64,000 bases of DNA from assembly GCA_963701665.1 (NCBI GenBank), contig OY969622.1, positions 576,001-640,000 on the forward strand, in the 5' to 3' direction. Positions within the stretch are counted from its first letter, which is position 1. Each line of letters starts with the position of its first letter. Positions 1-9,228 of the stretch are shown one piece after another. A program made the position numbers and the translations under genes. This stretch comes from Candidatus Babeliales bacterium (GTDB lineage: Bacteria > Babelota > Babeliae > Babelales > JANWKD01). The notes under the pieces are model-generated. The model was given only the letters and a program-made list of their open reading frames with translations. It was not told where the DNA came from and ran no database searches.

Positions 1-1
1 T

Positions 2-1129
2 TCCCTGGCAAAAGCATTTGCGGATTATTGTGGATTGCCACGGCAATTTATCGTCGGTGCTTCATTGTTAAATCAATACCAACATTCAGGACAGCAGAAT
101 TTGCGCCTTCTTTTTGGACGATTGTTGCGGAAAAAGAATAAAAATCCACACGTTGTTATTTTTGATGAATTTTCAGCAATAGCTAGCCAGGATGATAAAA
201 AAGAAAAAAATAATGAAGAACAAATGCTTTCCGTTTTATTAAATATTATTGACCAATTTGAAGAACATAAAAATATACTTTTTATTGCAACAACAAACAA
301 CATCAAAGATATGCCTGCTCCAATAAAAGATCGCTTTTCAGGATCGGTTTTCAAAATTTCATTTCCGACTCTTGAGCAAAATTTGGATTACATCGAAAAT
401 GATTTGGATGATAAAAAATATGATGATGATTATGACAGTGAACATCCATCAGATGAATCTATACAAGAATTTGATGGAAAATTAGAATTTAAAGCTAACC
501 TAGACAAAAATACCAAAAAAACTTTAGCAAAAAAGATGTCTAATTTTAGCTGCAGAGATCGTAATGAAATGCGAGATAACTCAAGATTATTAGCATTGAG
601 AAAATTTGTTGATGAAAATTTTGACATAACTCAACTAGCTATTCCAGTAACTAAGGAAAATTTATTTGACGCAATAAAGGAAATTGAACTACATAAAAAA
701 GAATTTGCGCCTAGTACTTGGAAATACTATAAAGAGATTTTCAAAGATTATTACCCATTGGTTTCAACAACTGTTCAGGTTGCTGCTAGCATTGGCTTGC
801 AATGGTACAGTATAAGGCAACAGGCTGCTTTTACAAGATCATCCCATGAAAGTCAACTCTCATTGATGGAAGCTTTCCAAAACAGTCAAATGGCGTTCAG
901 TGAAAGAGTTCATCAAAATCAGATGGATTTTCAAACTAGAGTTCATGCAGAACAAATGGTATTTCAGAAAGAGGCAGCTCGAGACCAATTAGGTCAAAAT
1001 GTAAAGGCGGCTGATGATCAATTAGCTGCTCAAAAAAGTGCTGCAGGGTGGCAATTGGGTACGCAATGGTTTTTTGGCCTTGCTAGCTGGGTAGGGCCGA
1101 TCATCCTAAAAGGTACGGCTGGACAATAA
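2..1129 (+). CDS. AAA+ ATPase (5'-truncated by window edge) with C-terminal hydrophobic helix and 11-residue Gln-rich repeats
   Basis: Frame is open from base 2 (SLAKAFADYCG, the helix that follows Walker A). Walker B VVIFDE, sensor-1 IATTN, Arg finger IKDRF. Confidence 0.85.
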   Translation, partial: SLAKAFADYCGLPRQFIVGASLLNQYQHSGQQNLRLLFGRLLRKKNKNPHVVIFDEFSAIASQDDKKEKNNEEQMLSVLLNIIDQFEEHKNILFIATTNNIKDMPAPIKDRFSGSVFKISFPTLEQNLDYIENDLDDKKYDDDYDSEHPSDESIQEFDGKLEFKANLDKNTKKTLAKKMSNFSCRDRNEMRDNSRLLALRKFVDENFDITQLAIPVTKENLFDAIKEIELHKKEFAPSTWKYYKEIFKDYYPLVSTTVQVAASIGLQWYSIRQQAAFTRSSHESQLSLMEAFQNSQMAFSERVHQNQMDFQTRVHAEQMVFQKEAARDQLGQNVKAADDQLAAQKSAAGWQLGTQWFFGLASWVGPIILKGTAGQ

Positions 1130-1157
1130 TCTAAATAACCGCAAAGTACTATATACT

Positions 1158-3539
1158 ATGTTATTCCTTATTTTAATATGCGTATATTTCAATTTACCTT
1201 TTACTTCAAACGGGATGGAGGAAGGTAATAATAATCTTCCAATCATAATTGTAAACTCCCACACTAATTCAATATCTAGATTTGATCCGCATTCACAAAG
1301 GTTTGCCAAGCATGATGCATTAACAAAAAACTTATCGCATCTTACTAGACAAGAACTAGGACAAATGTATCGGCAAGCATGTGAAATACGTGATCAAAAG
1401 ATTGCTATCAATAAAGAAATAATTTTAGATGTTCATGCATATAATGCAAGCTTAAATTATGAGCCGCTTGATAAGGTTTTCACACTTTATAACTATCACC
1501 TAGCAACACCAGATAAGAACTTGATTTCGACAGTTGATAAGTTAATTCCTATTTTTTATACCCCTCAAGGATATTCTAACTTAACAGTAAATGCTTATGA
1601 AAGAACTATCGTTGCTCGTATTGTTGCAGACGCATTAAAAGTTAAACTACCTTATGCAATATATGTGGAAACTATCACAGCGTACGCCGCTCAGTATTCA
1701 GAATTTAAAGAAATTGTTGCACAGGAGACTCGATGGTTTCCTTGGGCCAAAGAAAAAGTTACTGAGTGGTGCGGATTAATTAAAGGTCATTTTTATGCAA
1801 AGCACCCACTGATAAATATCGATGTGCTGAAAAAGAATATTTTAGCACATGGGTTTAAGCAGAGTTTATTGAAAATCAGTGATTCTCGTTTAAATACTTT
1901 CCCTGCCACGAATATGAAAAAAGTCGATGCTCAATGTTGTTCTGATGTAGCGCATGCGCTTGGATGGCTACAAAAGAATAAAGAATTGATCAATAAGGAC
2001 ATTCTATCATGTAAAAGTCTTGATGCTGTTCAAGATTATCTGAGCGGTACTCCTGTTGAGCGTAGGCTCGTGCCTTTAACAGCAAATTTACTGAATGAAA
2101 TACAACACGGTATTGAATCTAAAGCTGAGCAGTCTCATCTTATGTGGTTGCAAGAATCACTCCTGCAGTTAGATACATGTGCAGGAAAAGTATGCGCTGA
2201 AAGTTCATATGAATCAAAAGCGGCCTTAATTGGTTTGATTTCTGAAATCGAAACTCAATTAGGTGTATTAACACGCCCAGAATTACGTAGATCGCCTTCA
2301 ATGGAAAAACTTTTTGCTCCACAGACAGATTTGCTTTTTACCAGTAAAGATGTAGGAGCAATATCCTTAGCTGAGCTAAAAAAATTTTCTGGGACTCCTG
2401 AACAGAATGCTTTGAACCTGAAAATGATAGATCATGTTGAAAAAATTCATTCATGCTATGAAAGCATAGTTGATAATGACGCTAAGCAAATTATTGAAAC
2501 ATATAATGCCCTCATTTCACAAGCTCATGAATTAACCAAAGATAGTTATATTACTGCCGCTGAAGGCGTTTTTACTGTTGCAAAAGACTTAGTTGAAATT
2601 GCGCTAATTGATCCTCCAGTTAATGAGATTTGTGATTATCTCGAGCAAACAGTCTCAAATCCCCAAGATTATGTTCTCAAAACAGTCGAAGGATATAAAT
2701 CAGTTGCGGGTGCTATTTTAAATGCATGTAAGTATACTTTGGAGAGACCATCGGCGGCTCCTGAGCAAAATTTTCAATTTGCATTGAATCAAAATAAAGC
2801 GATTCACGCATTCTTTGACGGGTGGGAAAAGCTCGAAGTTCAACAGAAAAAAGAATTTTTAGCACAAATTGTAGTTGATACGGCAATTAATAAAGTTGCT
2901 TATTCGCTGCCAAAATTAATTTTGAAAATAGGCGGCGGTTCCTCTGCAATCAGTTCTGCGATACAAAAAGCGGGGTCTGCTTTTGATAAAATTGATCCAG
3001 GTGCTTCAGGAGTTGTTGCAGTTGCTGTTCCTGCTAACATTGCAGAAAGCGTCGTTGGAGCCATAGAGCATGTTGCCGAAGTTGTGGGATCAATACCTGT
3101 TGCGGTTGCTACAGCAGGGATACAAGATACCGTTATGTTGTCAGAAGCGATGCAGGGTGGTGGAAATAATGTGCCTAATAAAACGTATGAATGCCCTGCT
3201 TCATGTCATTTTTTTGACAAAGAAGATAAAGTATTACGCATTATTGATAATGAAGTTATAAAGAATATTAGAAGTGGAAGTGCTTTAAAATTAGATGCGC
3301 ATCATGCATTTAATAATATGATTGATAATTATGTGGAATATGCTCAAAAATTCGAGCTCGTGGGCGATGATGGTATTAGTAGACCTTTATTCCAAATTAA
3401 AGGATCTCTAAATGGTGTCGAAGGAATCTTTGAATGGATTGTAGATCCGAATTCTTTAAATGGAGTTACACATAGATTATTCATTAAAAATGGGATTATT
3501 ACTGGTAAACCAAGCATTTTTCCATCTATGAAAAAATAA
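1158..3539 (+). CDS. Putative secreted polymorphic toxin (signal peptide, helical trunk, C-terminal toxin domain)
   Basis: 793-aa ORF with hydrophobic N-terminus and an Ala/Val/Gly-rich pre-toxin segment. C-terminal ~100 aa (GSALKLDAHH...GDDGISRPLFQIKGSLNGVEGIFEWIVD...VTHRLFI.NG.ITGKP) resembles toxin tips I recall from LXG/Rhs/CDI proteins. An immunity-like gene follows directly. Confidence 0.7.
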   Translation: MLFLILICVYFNLPFTSNGMEEGNNNLPIIIVNSHTNSISRFDPHSQRFAKHDALTKNLSHLTRQELGQMYRQACEIRDQKIAINKEIILDVHAYNASLNYEPLDKVFTLYNYHLATPDKNLISTVDKLIPIFYTPQGYSNLTVNAYERTIVARIVADALKVKLPYAIYVETITAYAAQYSEFKEIVAQETRWFPWAKEKVTEWCGLIKGHFYAKHPLINIDVLKKNILAHGFKQSLLKISDSRLNTFPATNMKKVDAQCCSDVAHALGWLQKNKELINKDILSCKSLDAVQDYLSGTPVERRLVPLTANLLNEIQHGIESKAEQSHLMWLQESLLQLDTCAGKVCAESSYESKAALIGLISEIETQLGVLTRPELRRSPSMEKLFAPQTDLLFTSKDVGAISLAELKKFSGTPEQNALNLKMIDHVEKIHSCYESIVDNDAKQIIETYNALISQAHELTKDSYITAAEGVFTVAKDLVEIALIDPPVNEICDYLEQTVSNPQDYVLKTVEGYKSVAGAILNACKYTLERPSAAPEQNFQFALNQNKAIHAFFDGWEKLEVQQKKEFLAQIVVDTAINKVAYSLPKLILKIGGGSSAISSAIQKAGSAFDKIDPGASGVVAVAVPANIAESVVGAIEHVAEVVGSIPVAVATAGIQDTVMLSEAMQGGGNNVPNKTYECPASCHFFDKEDKVLRIIDNEVIKNIRSGSALKLDAHHAFNNMIDNYVEYAQKFELVGDDGISRPLFQIKGSLNGVEGIFEWIVDPNSLNGVTHRLFIKNGIITGKPSIFPSMKK

Positions 3540-3544
3540 ACAAA

Positions 3545-4069
3545 ATGAAAATTGAAAACATTTTTTTAAAAATTTTTAAGGAAAATAATATACCGATCTC
3601 CTGGAAAACAATTATTATAGGAAGAAAATTAGGACTTGCGGATTCTAAGCTTATAGATGAATATGCAACCCAATATCTTCTTGATAACTATAAAATTGAA
3701 AATCCGTATATTATTGCATTAGCAAGTGGGGTAAATGATAATGAAATCGACTCTATTTTAGATAATCTTACACGATTATTAAATTTAGAAGCAACGTTAA
3801 ATGCTGAACTTGAAATTAGAAAATGGAGATATGCACAATTAAAAAAACTTTTATTGAAAAAATACAAAAATAATGAATTATTATACAAAATAGAAGAAAT
3901 TTATGCTGATTTCTCTTATCCTGAAGATATGCGGCATTTAATATATTATATTCCCAGTGGCAACTTTGATACATCAAAACACACTAAAGAAGAATGTCAA
4001 CAACGTTTGATTAATCTCTTTTATGCATTTTTACAAAAAGAGCAATCAGAATTATCAAATCAATGTTAA
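3545..4069 (+). CDS. DUF2247-family protein, putative cognate immunity protein
   Basis: Motifs ISW..I..G, KWRY..L and IEEIYADFSYPEDMRHLIYYIP are characteristic of DUF2247. Starts 5 bp after the toxin stop. Confidence 0.75.
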   Translation: MKIENIFLKIFKENNIPISWKTIIIGRKLGLADSKLIDEYATQYLLDNYKIENPYIIALASGVNDNEIDSILDNLTRLLNLEATLNAELEIRKWRYAQLKKLLLKKYKNNELLYKIEEIYADFSYPEDMRHLIYYIPSGNFDTSKHTKEECQQRLINLFYAFLQKEQSELSNQC

Positions 4070-4075
4070 CAAATT

Positions 4076-4264
4076 TTGATGATGTATTCCCGCTCTTTAG
4101 ATAAAATTCAAAAATTAGGAAAAAATTATGGGGTAATGATCGATTGGCAAAATAAAATATTATTAGATTGTTCAAATTCCATTTTTTCTGGTTTATACGA
4201 GGACATCTTAAATGTTATTTATGAGCAAAAATTATCATTTAATAACGAATGTAAAAAAACCTAA
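4076..4264 (+). other. Small AT-rich ORF or gene remnant (possible orphan immunity fragment)
   Basis: 62-aa ORF packed between the immunity gene and the AAA ATPase; no recognisable motif. Confidence 0.3.
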
Positions 4265-4273
4265 TGCATAGTT

Positions 4274-5524
4274 ATGTTCACTATCTTTTCAAGCAACTGG
4301 ATTATCATGTATCGAAAATCTTTAATCTATAAGACAATAGTTATTCTTCTAATTATGAACCATCTTTCACTGATAGGTAACACCTCTTATCAAGAGTTTC
4401 CTCCTGAATTACTTCAAGTTGCTTCTGATGAAATTTCTCGTTTATTAGCAGAAAAAGAAGAAACGTTTAAGAAAAAAAATACAGAAATATGCCTTTCAAA
4501 AAAGGACATTATTCTTGATTCAGCACTCATTACTCAATTGATTTCGCAATGTCCAGAAAGATTGAATGATATTATTAGTGCATTAATAATGCGGAATCAA
4601 TTTAATGATGATATCTATCAAGAATTTATTCCGCATCATATTGTTCTTGTTGGGCCGCTTGGTGTTGGCAAAAGTAGTTTGGCCAGAGCTATTGCACAAG
4701 CAGCTTGCGTTTCTTATACCTTTATCAAATCAATGGCATTAGCTAATGAATATATTAATTCAGGGCCAAGTAATCTTATGAGGATTTTTGATCCTATATT
4801 AGAAACAGATGAACCGTACATTGTTATTATTGATGAATTACAAACAATCATTAGAAGAAAAGATAACAATGAATTTGATATGGCAACGGCAGAAGTACTA
4901 TGGATGTTGCTTGATGAATGTAAGGCAAAAAATAACATTATGATAATTGCAACTGCTAATGATATTTCTGATTTGCCCGAACAGCTAAAAAGCCGTTTTG
5001 CAAAAAGTGTCTATGAAATAAAATTGCCAGGTTTATTAGCGCGTGAACGCATTATTAGTCATTATATAGAAAACAGTAAGGCAGATAGCAGCAATATTAC
5101 TCATGCAGTTATTAAAAATTTAGCGCAAAAAACAAGAGGTTTTTCACCGCGTAATTTAGAAGATCTTATTGAAATAGCTTTTTCACGAGCATTTTTTAGA
5201 GCTAAACGAGAAAATGACTTTGTCATATCTCTTACTAAAAAAGATTTAGACATAGGATTTGCTCATATTAAAAAACAGAAAGGAAGCTCGTACGGTATAC
5301 CAACATGGTGTAAAAATTTCGTAAAATTATTGGGTCCTGTGGCTACTATTTCATTGGGACTTACTGTGCTTCAGATAACGATACAATGTTTTCTGCAATA
5401 TTATGATCATCAGCGATATTTATCTTTGATACAGCAACATCATAATGATTTTGTACGCATTAATGGACAGCATAACAAAGCAATATTACAGCAGAATGAA
5501 AGATTTCATCAAGCAAAAATGTAA
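4274..5524 (+). CDS. AAA+ ATPase, paralog of 2..1129, with N-terminal hydrophobic segment and C-terminal TM helix plus His/Gln repeats
   Basis: Walker A GPLGVGKS, Walker B IVIIDE, sensor-1 IATAN, Arg finger LKSRF, TM LLGPVATISLGLTVLQITIQCFL. True start may be ATG 4307. Confidence 0.88.
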   Translation: MFTIFSSNWIIMYRKSLIYKTIVILLIMNHLSLIGNTSYQEFPPELLQVASDEISRLLAEKEETFKKKNTEICLSKKDIILDSALITQLISQCPERLNDIISALIMRNQFNDDIYQEFIPHHIVLVGPLGVGKSSLARAIAQAACVSYTFIKSMALANEYINSGPSNLMRIFDPILETDEPYIVIIDELQTIIRRKDNNEFDMATAEVLWMLLDECKAKNNIMIIATANDISDLPEQLKSRFAKSVYEIKLPGLLARERIISHYIENSKADSSNITHAVIKNLAQKTRGFSPRNLEDLIEIAFSRAFFRAKRENDFVISLTKKDLDIGFAHIKKQKGSSYGIPTWCKNFVKLLGPVATISLGLTVLQITIQCFLQYYDHQRYLSLIQQHHNDFVRINGQHNKAILQQNERFHQAKM

Positions 5525-5554
5525 TAATTTTTCAATCATAAAAAGGATTTTCTT

Positions 5555-7228
5555 ATGCAAAAGAGAATGCCATTGAGCTTTTTCATAATTATTATGATTA
5601 GTTTTAAGCTCTGTGCCTGGGCAAAAGATAATGGTAAAAAAGATGCAGATTTTATAAAGAGGTTTGGAGAAGAATATTTTAAGGTACCTGTTGAGAAGGA
5701 TGATAATAACGATCTATATATTAATGCATGTGAATTAATAAATCTTTTCCAAACAATTGTCTTTGAAACAATGAATGATATATTTGCTGAAATAACAGAT
5801 GAAAGGCTTGAAGGATTTCAGATTGAGCAATCCCCTACTAAGCAACCTGAAAAGGTGACTCTATATACAAGTGTAGCAGAGCAAAATAATAAAACGGGGC
5901 ATGAAAAAATTGTACAATTAATTTCTACTATTTTAATGCAAAAAAGTTTAAAGGAAACAGTCAATTTTGTTAAACAAATATCGCCAGAAACAAAAAAGGT
6001 CATTAAAGAAATAATTAATACTCCTGATAAACATTGGAGTAATACATTTTTACACAAAGCTTCAACCGCTTTGGAAGTAGAGCAACTTTTGTTACTTGGA
6101 GCAGATCCTGAAATAAAAAATGAGTTAGGGCGAACACCATTAATGGCGTTACTTTTTGATGGTAAATGTGAAGCAGCCAAGATGCTTATTTCGAAATTAC
6201 CTTCATTTGATTTTTCTATGGTAGATAATGAAGGTGCAAATTTAACACTATGTGCTGTTCGCAGTGGTGATACTAAAATTGTAGATTTATTCTTGAAAAA
6301 AGGTGGGAGTTTAAATAGCGAAGTAGGCGGAGTAACACCTTTACTGATAGCCGTAGGTGCAAGAAATATACCAATGGTTAGGTATTTATTAAAGTTAGGA
6401 GTTGATGTTAATCAGGCGATTACCGCTACAGATTTTTCGGATTCTAATCGGGAAAATCTGCCTGATACCTCTGATATTATAGGGGTAACGCCGCTTATGA
6501 TGGCAGCCTCAAATGACGATGGTGAGATGGTAAGATTATTATTAAAAGCAGGAGCGAATGTTAATGCAATGTGCCTAGATGGTTCAACAGCATTGATAAA
6601 ATCTTTGGCAGGATCAAATGTGTTTAAGATCCTAATTGATGCTGGTGCAAATGTTAATGTAACAACACATAATGGGTTTACGGCTTTATTAGCTGCAACA
6701 ATAATACAGCCAAATGCTATTATGCCATTATTGAAAGCTGGGGCGTTGGCTAATAGTGAAATTTCTAAGGACTATTTTATTCCCGATATGCCTTCTGTTA
6801 ATTTGCAAGGGTTAACGCCATTATTAATGGCGATAAAAAATGCACCAGATACTGTACTGTTTCTTATTGATGCTGGTGCAAATATCAACCACAGAACAGA
6901 TGAAGGACTTACACCTCTCATGATGGCGGTCATTTCAAACAACATTGATTTAATTTCTCAGTTACTTGAAAAAGGAGCGCAAGTAAATTGTGCAATGATA
7001 TGTGACAGTCCGTATCTAAAAGTGCTGTTGCAAGATTGTTTATCATCAAAATTTGATGCAGACACAACAGGATTAACGCCACTTATGATAGCAACAATTT
7101 TAGATGAAGCGCCTACCGTTACTATTTTGCTAAAGCATGGTGCTGATAGAAATGTAAAAAATGCAAAGGGACTTACTGCTTTGAATATGGCAATCATGAA
7201 AAATATTGCAGAGATATTATCAGTTTAA
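5555..7228 (+). CDS. Secreted ankyrin-repeat protein
   Basis: Signal-peptide-like N-terminus; many G.TPL..A...G.....V..LL..GA.VN repeats. Confidence 0.92.
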   Translation: MQKRMPLSFFIIIMISFKLCAWAKDNGKKDADFIKRFGEEYFKVPVEKDDNNDLYINACELINLFQTIVFETMNDIFAEITDERLEGFQIEQSPTKQPEKVTLYTSVAEQNNKTGHEKIVQLISTILMQKSLKETVNFVKQISPETKKVIKEIINTPDKHWSNTFLHKASTALEVEQLLLLGADPEIKNELGRTPLMALLFDGKCEAAKMLISKLPSFDFSMVDNEGANLTLCAVRSGDTKIVDLFLKKGGSLNSEVGGVTPLLIAVGARNIPMVRYLLKLGVDVNQAITATDFSDSNRENLPDTSDIIGVTPLMMAASNDDGEMVRLLLKAGANVNAMCLDGSTALIKSLAGSNVFKILIDAGANVNVTTHNGFTALLAATIIQPNAIMPLLKAGALANSEISKDYFIPDMPSVNLQGLTPLLMAIKNAPDTVLFLIDAGANINHRTDEGLTPLMMAVISNNIDLISQLLEKGAQVNCAMICDSPYLKVLLQDCLSSKFDADTTGLTPLMIATILDEAPTVTILLKHGADRNVKNAKGLTALNMAIMKNIAEILSV

Positions 7229-7239
7229 AGTTGTTCAAA

Positions 7240-7264
7240 AGGATGAATGTGCAACATTCATCCT
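7240..7264. terminator. Hairpin between convergent genes (probable terminator)
   Basis: AGGATGAATGT-gca-ACATTCATCCT, perfect 11-bp stem. Confidence 0.6.
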
Positions 7265-7273
7265 CTAATGAAA

Positions 7274-7942
7274 TTAAATAACTAACTCATCAACTAACTT
7301 TTTAATTGTCTCAAGATGTGCATGATATGATGTTGGATTTATTTTATAGACATCATGAATCATGTAGTTTTTAATATAAGGGACGCCCATAAATCTAAAT
7401 GTGTCAGTTATTTGCCGTTGTGCTGGATGTTCAATGAAAAAAGCATACCAGGGTCTTTTAGCGATTGCGGAGTTTACAGAAAGAACTTTAGTAATATGAT
7501 GCAGTGGTTCTGCATGTACACCGCTCTTATATGCCCACGCATAGTTTGTTATAAGATCGATCCATGCTTTAACAATTGCGGGTGTTGAATACCAATACAC
7601 AGGAAAAAAGAGGATAACTCTATCAGCTTGCAAAATTAATTCTCTATTCTGTTTAAAGAAATGGGATTCTTCTAGAAATTCAGGATCATGGCGATAAAAA
7701 GGGATTTCTGCGGCATAATCGTAAAGATCTAAATTGAGTAGCTCAACCGTATGTTTTGTCGCTAAATAGTCAGAAATTGCATCATAGAGCGAATAGGTTA
7801 ATGATTGCTTAATGTCATGGGCAACGACGAGCAGAACTTTGACTCGTCCCGCGTGTGCATGTTCGAGCGATAGTGCATATGCACTCGTTTGGTAGCCAAA
7901 AAAGCTAAACAAAATAATAAAAATAATATTTTTCAAAACCAT
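7274..7942 (-). CDS. NAD(P)H-dependent oxidoreductase, flavodoxin-like (Flavodoxin_2/MdaB-type), with signal peptide
   Basis: KVLLVVAH...SLT and ADRVILFFPVYWYSTPAIVKAWID motifs. Confidence 0.8.
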   Translation of the reverse strand: MVLKNIIFIILFSFFGYQTSAYALSLEHAHAGRVKVLLVVAHDIKQSLTYSLYDAISDYLATKHTVELLNLDLYDYAAEIPFYRHDPEFLEESHFFKQNRELILQADRVILFFPVYWYSTPAIVKAWIDLITNYAWAYKSGVHAEPLHHITKVLSVNSAIAKRPWYAFFIEHPAQRQITDTFRFMGVPYIKNYMIHDVYKINPTSYHAHLETIKKLVDELVI

Positions 7943-8149
7943 GCAAATATCCTTTCTTGGGGTGATTCATTACTGATGCGTCAACCATAAAAATTATATC
8001 TTTTTAAAGTAGCAAAAACGTATCATGAACTTGCAAAAAAGACAATGATACTGCGCTATGTTTTTTGGTTTTTAAAAATCGCTTTTAAAACTATTTAATC
8101 AATCGGAAAATATATTGGCAGATAAACCGGATCGTAAACAATCGGGGTT

Positions 8150-8488
8150 TCAATAGGCATTGTGTACATAGGTATACGTCGTTGTTAAAGGAGTTATATA
8201 AAAATTATTATTCGAATCAAAAGTTTTAATAGAACCACTGGAAGACCCCATAGTCTTTGGTTTACAGGATCCAAGAATTATTGAAAGCACCATTAATAGT
8301 GCTGCCGCTACTTGAAAATGAAGCGAAGAAGAATCCAGGTTCAAAATATGCCCTGTTCCTGCAAGTGTTGACGACAACGCAGGCTGCATATTTTCATATA
8401 ATCCGCGTATCTTCTTATCAATATTCAAAGACTGGCAGTATGACTGTGTCCCAACGAATAACGAAAGTACTAATAGAATTTTTTTCAT
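8150..8488 (-). CDS. Hypothetical exported/membrane protein
   Basis: MKKILLVLSLFVG signal peptide; one further hydrophobic helix. Confidence 0.6.
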   Translation of the reverse strand: MKKILLVLSLFVGTQSYCQSLNIDKKIRGLYENMQPALSSTLAGTGHILNLDSSSLHFQVAAALLMVLSIILGSCKPKTMGSSSGSIKTFDSNNNFYITPLTTTYTYVHNAY

Positions 8489-8613
8489 TTTTCTATAATT
8501 AATAGTGGTTTTTAGTTAAAAGTACCACCTCTATGAATGCATGTAAAGCACTTTTTTGAAGAATTTTATTGGTAACCTGAGCCGTGGCTATAATGGGCAT
8601 CCACGGCGGAGAA

Positions 8614-9000
8614 TTAGTCGTTTTTGGGGGATTTTGGTTTTGAAACCACTACTATTCTCATTTTCGAGCGTGATGTTTGAGGGCTGTCCGATTCTTCAAA
8701 AACAGGGGGTTCCTCGCCTGGGTTCCAGGGCTTTCTGGACGTTTGGGGAGACGAAGGGTTGCTTTGAGGTGAATGCGGACTTTTTGGGGAGCCTTTTTTG
8801 TGAAAAACGGGAGGATTAGAAGGGACATCTAGCCTATCATGATCAGGCATGAGACGTTCAAAAATCTCCTGAATAAGTTTTTCTTCGCGACTTGGTGTTG
8901 CTTCTGGTGCATCGTCTTCCATTGCATGCGCAGCATGGATGAAAATAAGTGTTGCGCAGTAAGCCTTCAAAAGGAATGCCATCTTTGTGACAGTGTTCAT
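8614..9000 (-). CDS. Hypothetical secreted protein with Ser-Pro-rich disordered tail
   Basis: Signal peptide ending AAHA|MED; GGGGG RBS-like run upstream; repeated SPQTSR. Confidence 0.65.
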   Translation of the reverse strand: MNTVTKMAFLLKAYCATLIFIHAAHAMEDDAPEATPSREEKLIQEIFERLMPDHDRLDVPSNPPVFHKKGSPKSPHSPQSNPSSPQTSRKPWNPGEEPPVFEESDSPQTSRSKMRIVVVSKPKSPKND

Positions 9001-9228
9001 TGAGTTGTCCCCCCTACAATGTGACTGATAAATTATAATTGAAAATATTATGCAATATTTTAATGAGCTGTTCTTAATAGTATCATTATTTTTAGAATAT
9101 TCCCAGAGTTATGCTTTCTGGCAGTTGTTTGCCAAATTAGGTTATTTTAACTACACTCATCGAAAATACCCAATGGAAACGCGTTTTCCATCATAGGTTT
9201 TTTTAATACGTTCGCAAGAAGGACACTT

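Noticed and set aside
845..1110. Integrated microvirus
   Set aside because: No capsid or replication-initiator genes; the pilot-protein-like repeat is fused to an AAA ATPase.
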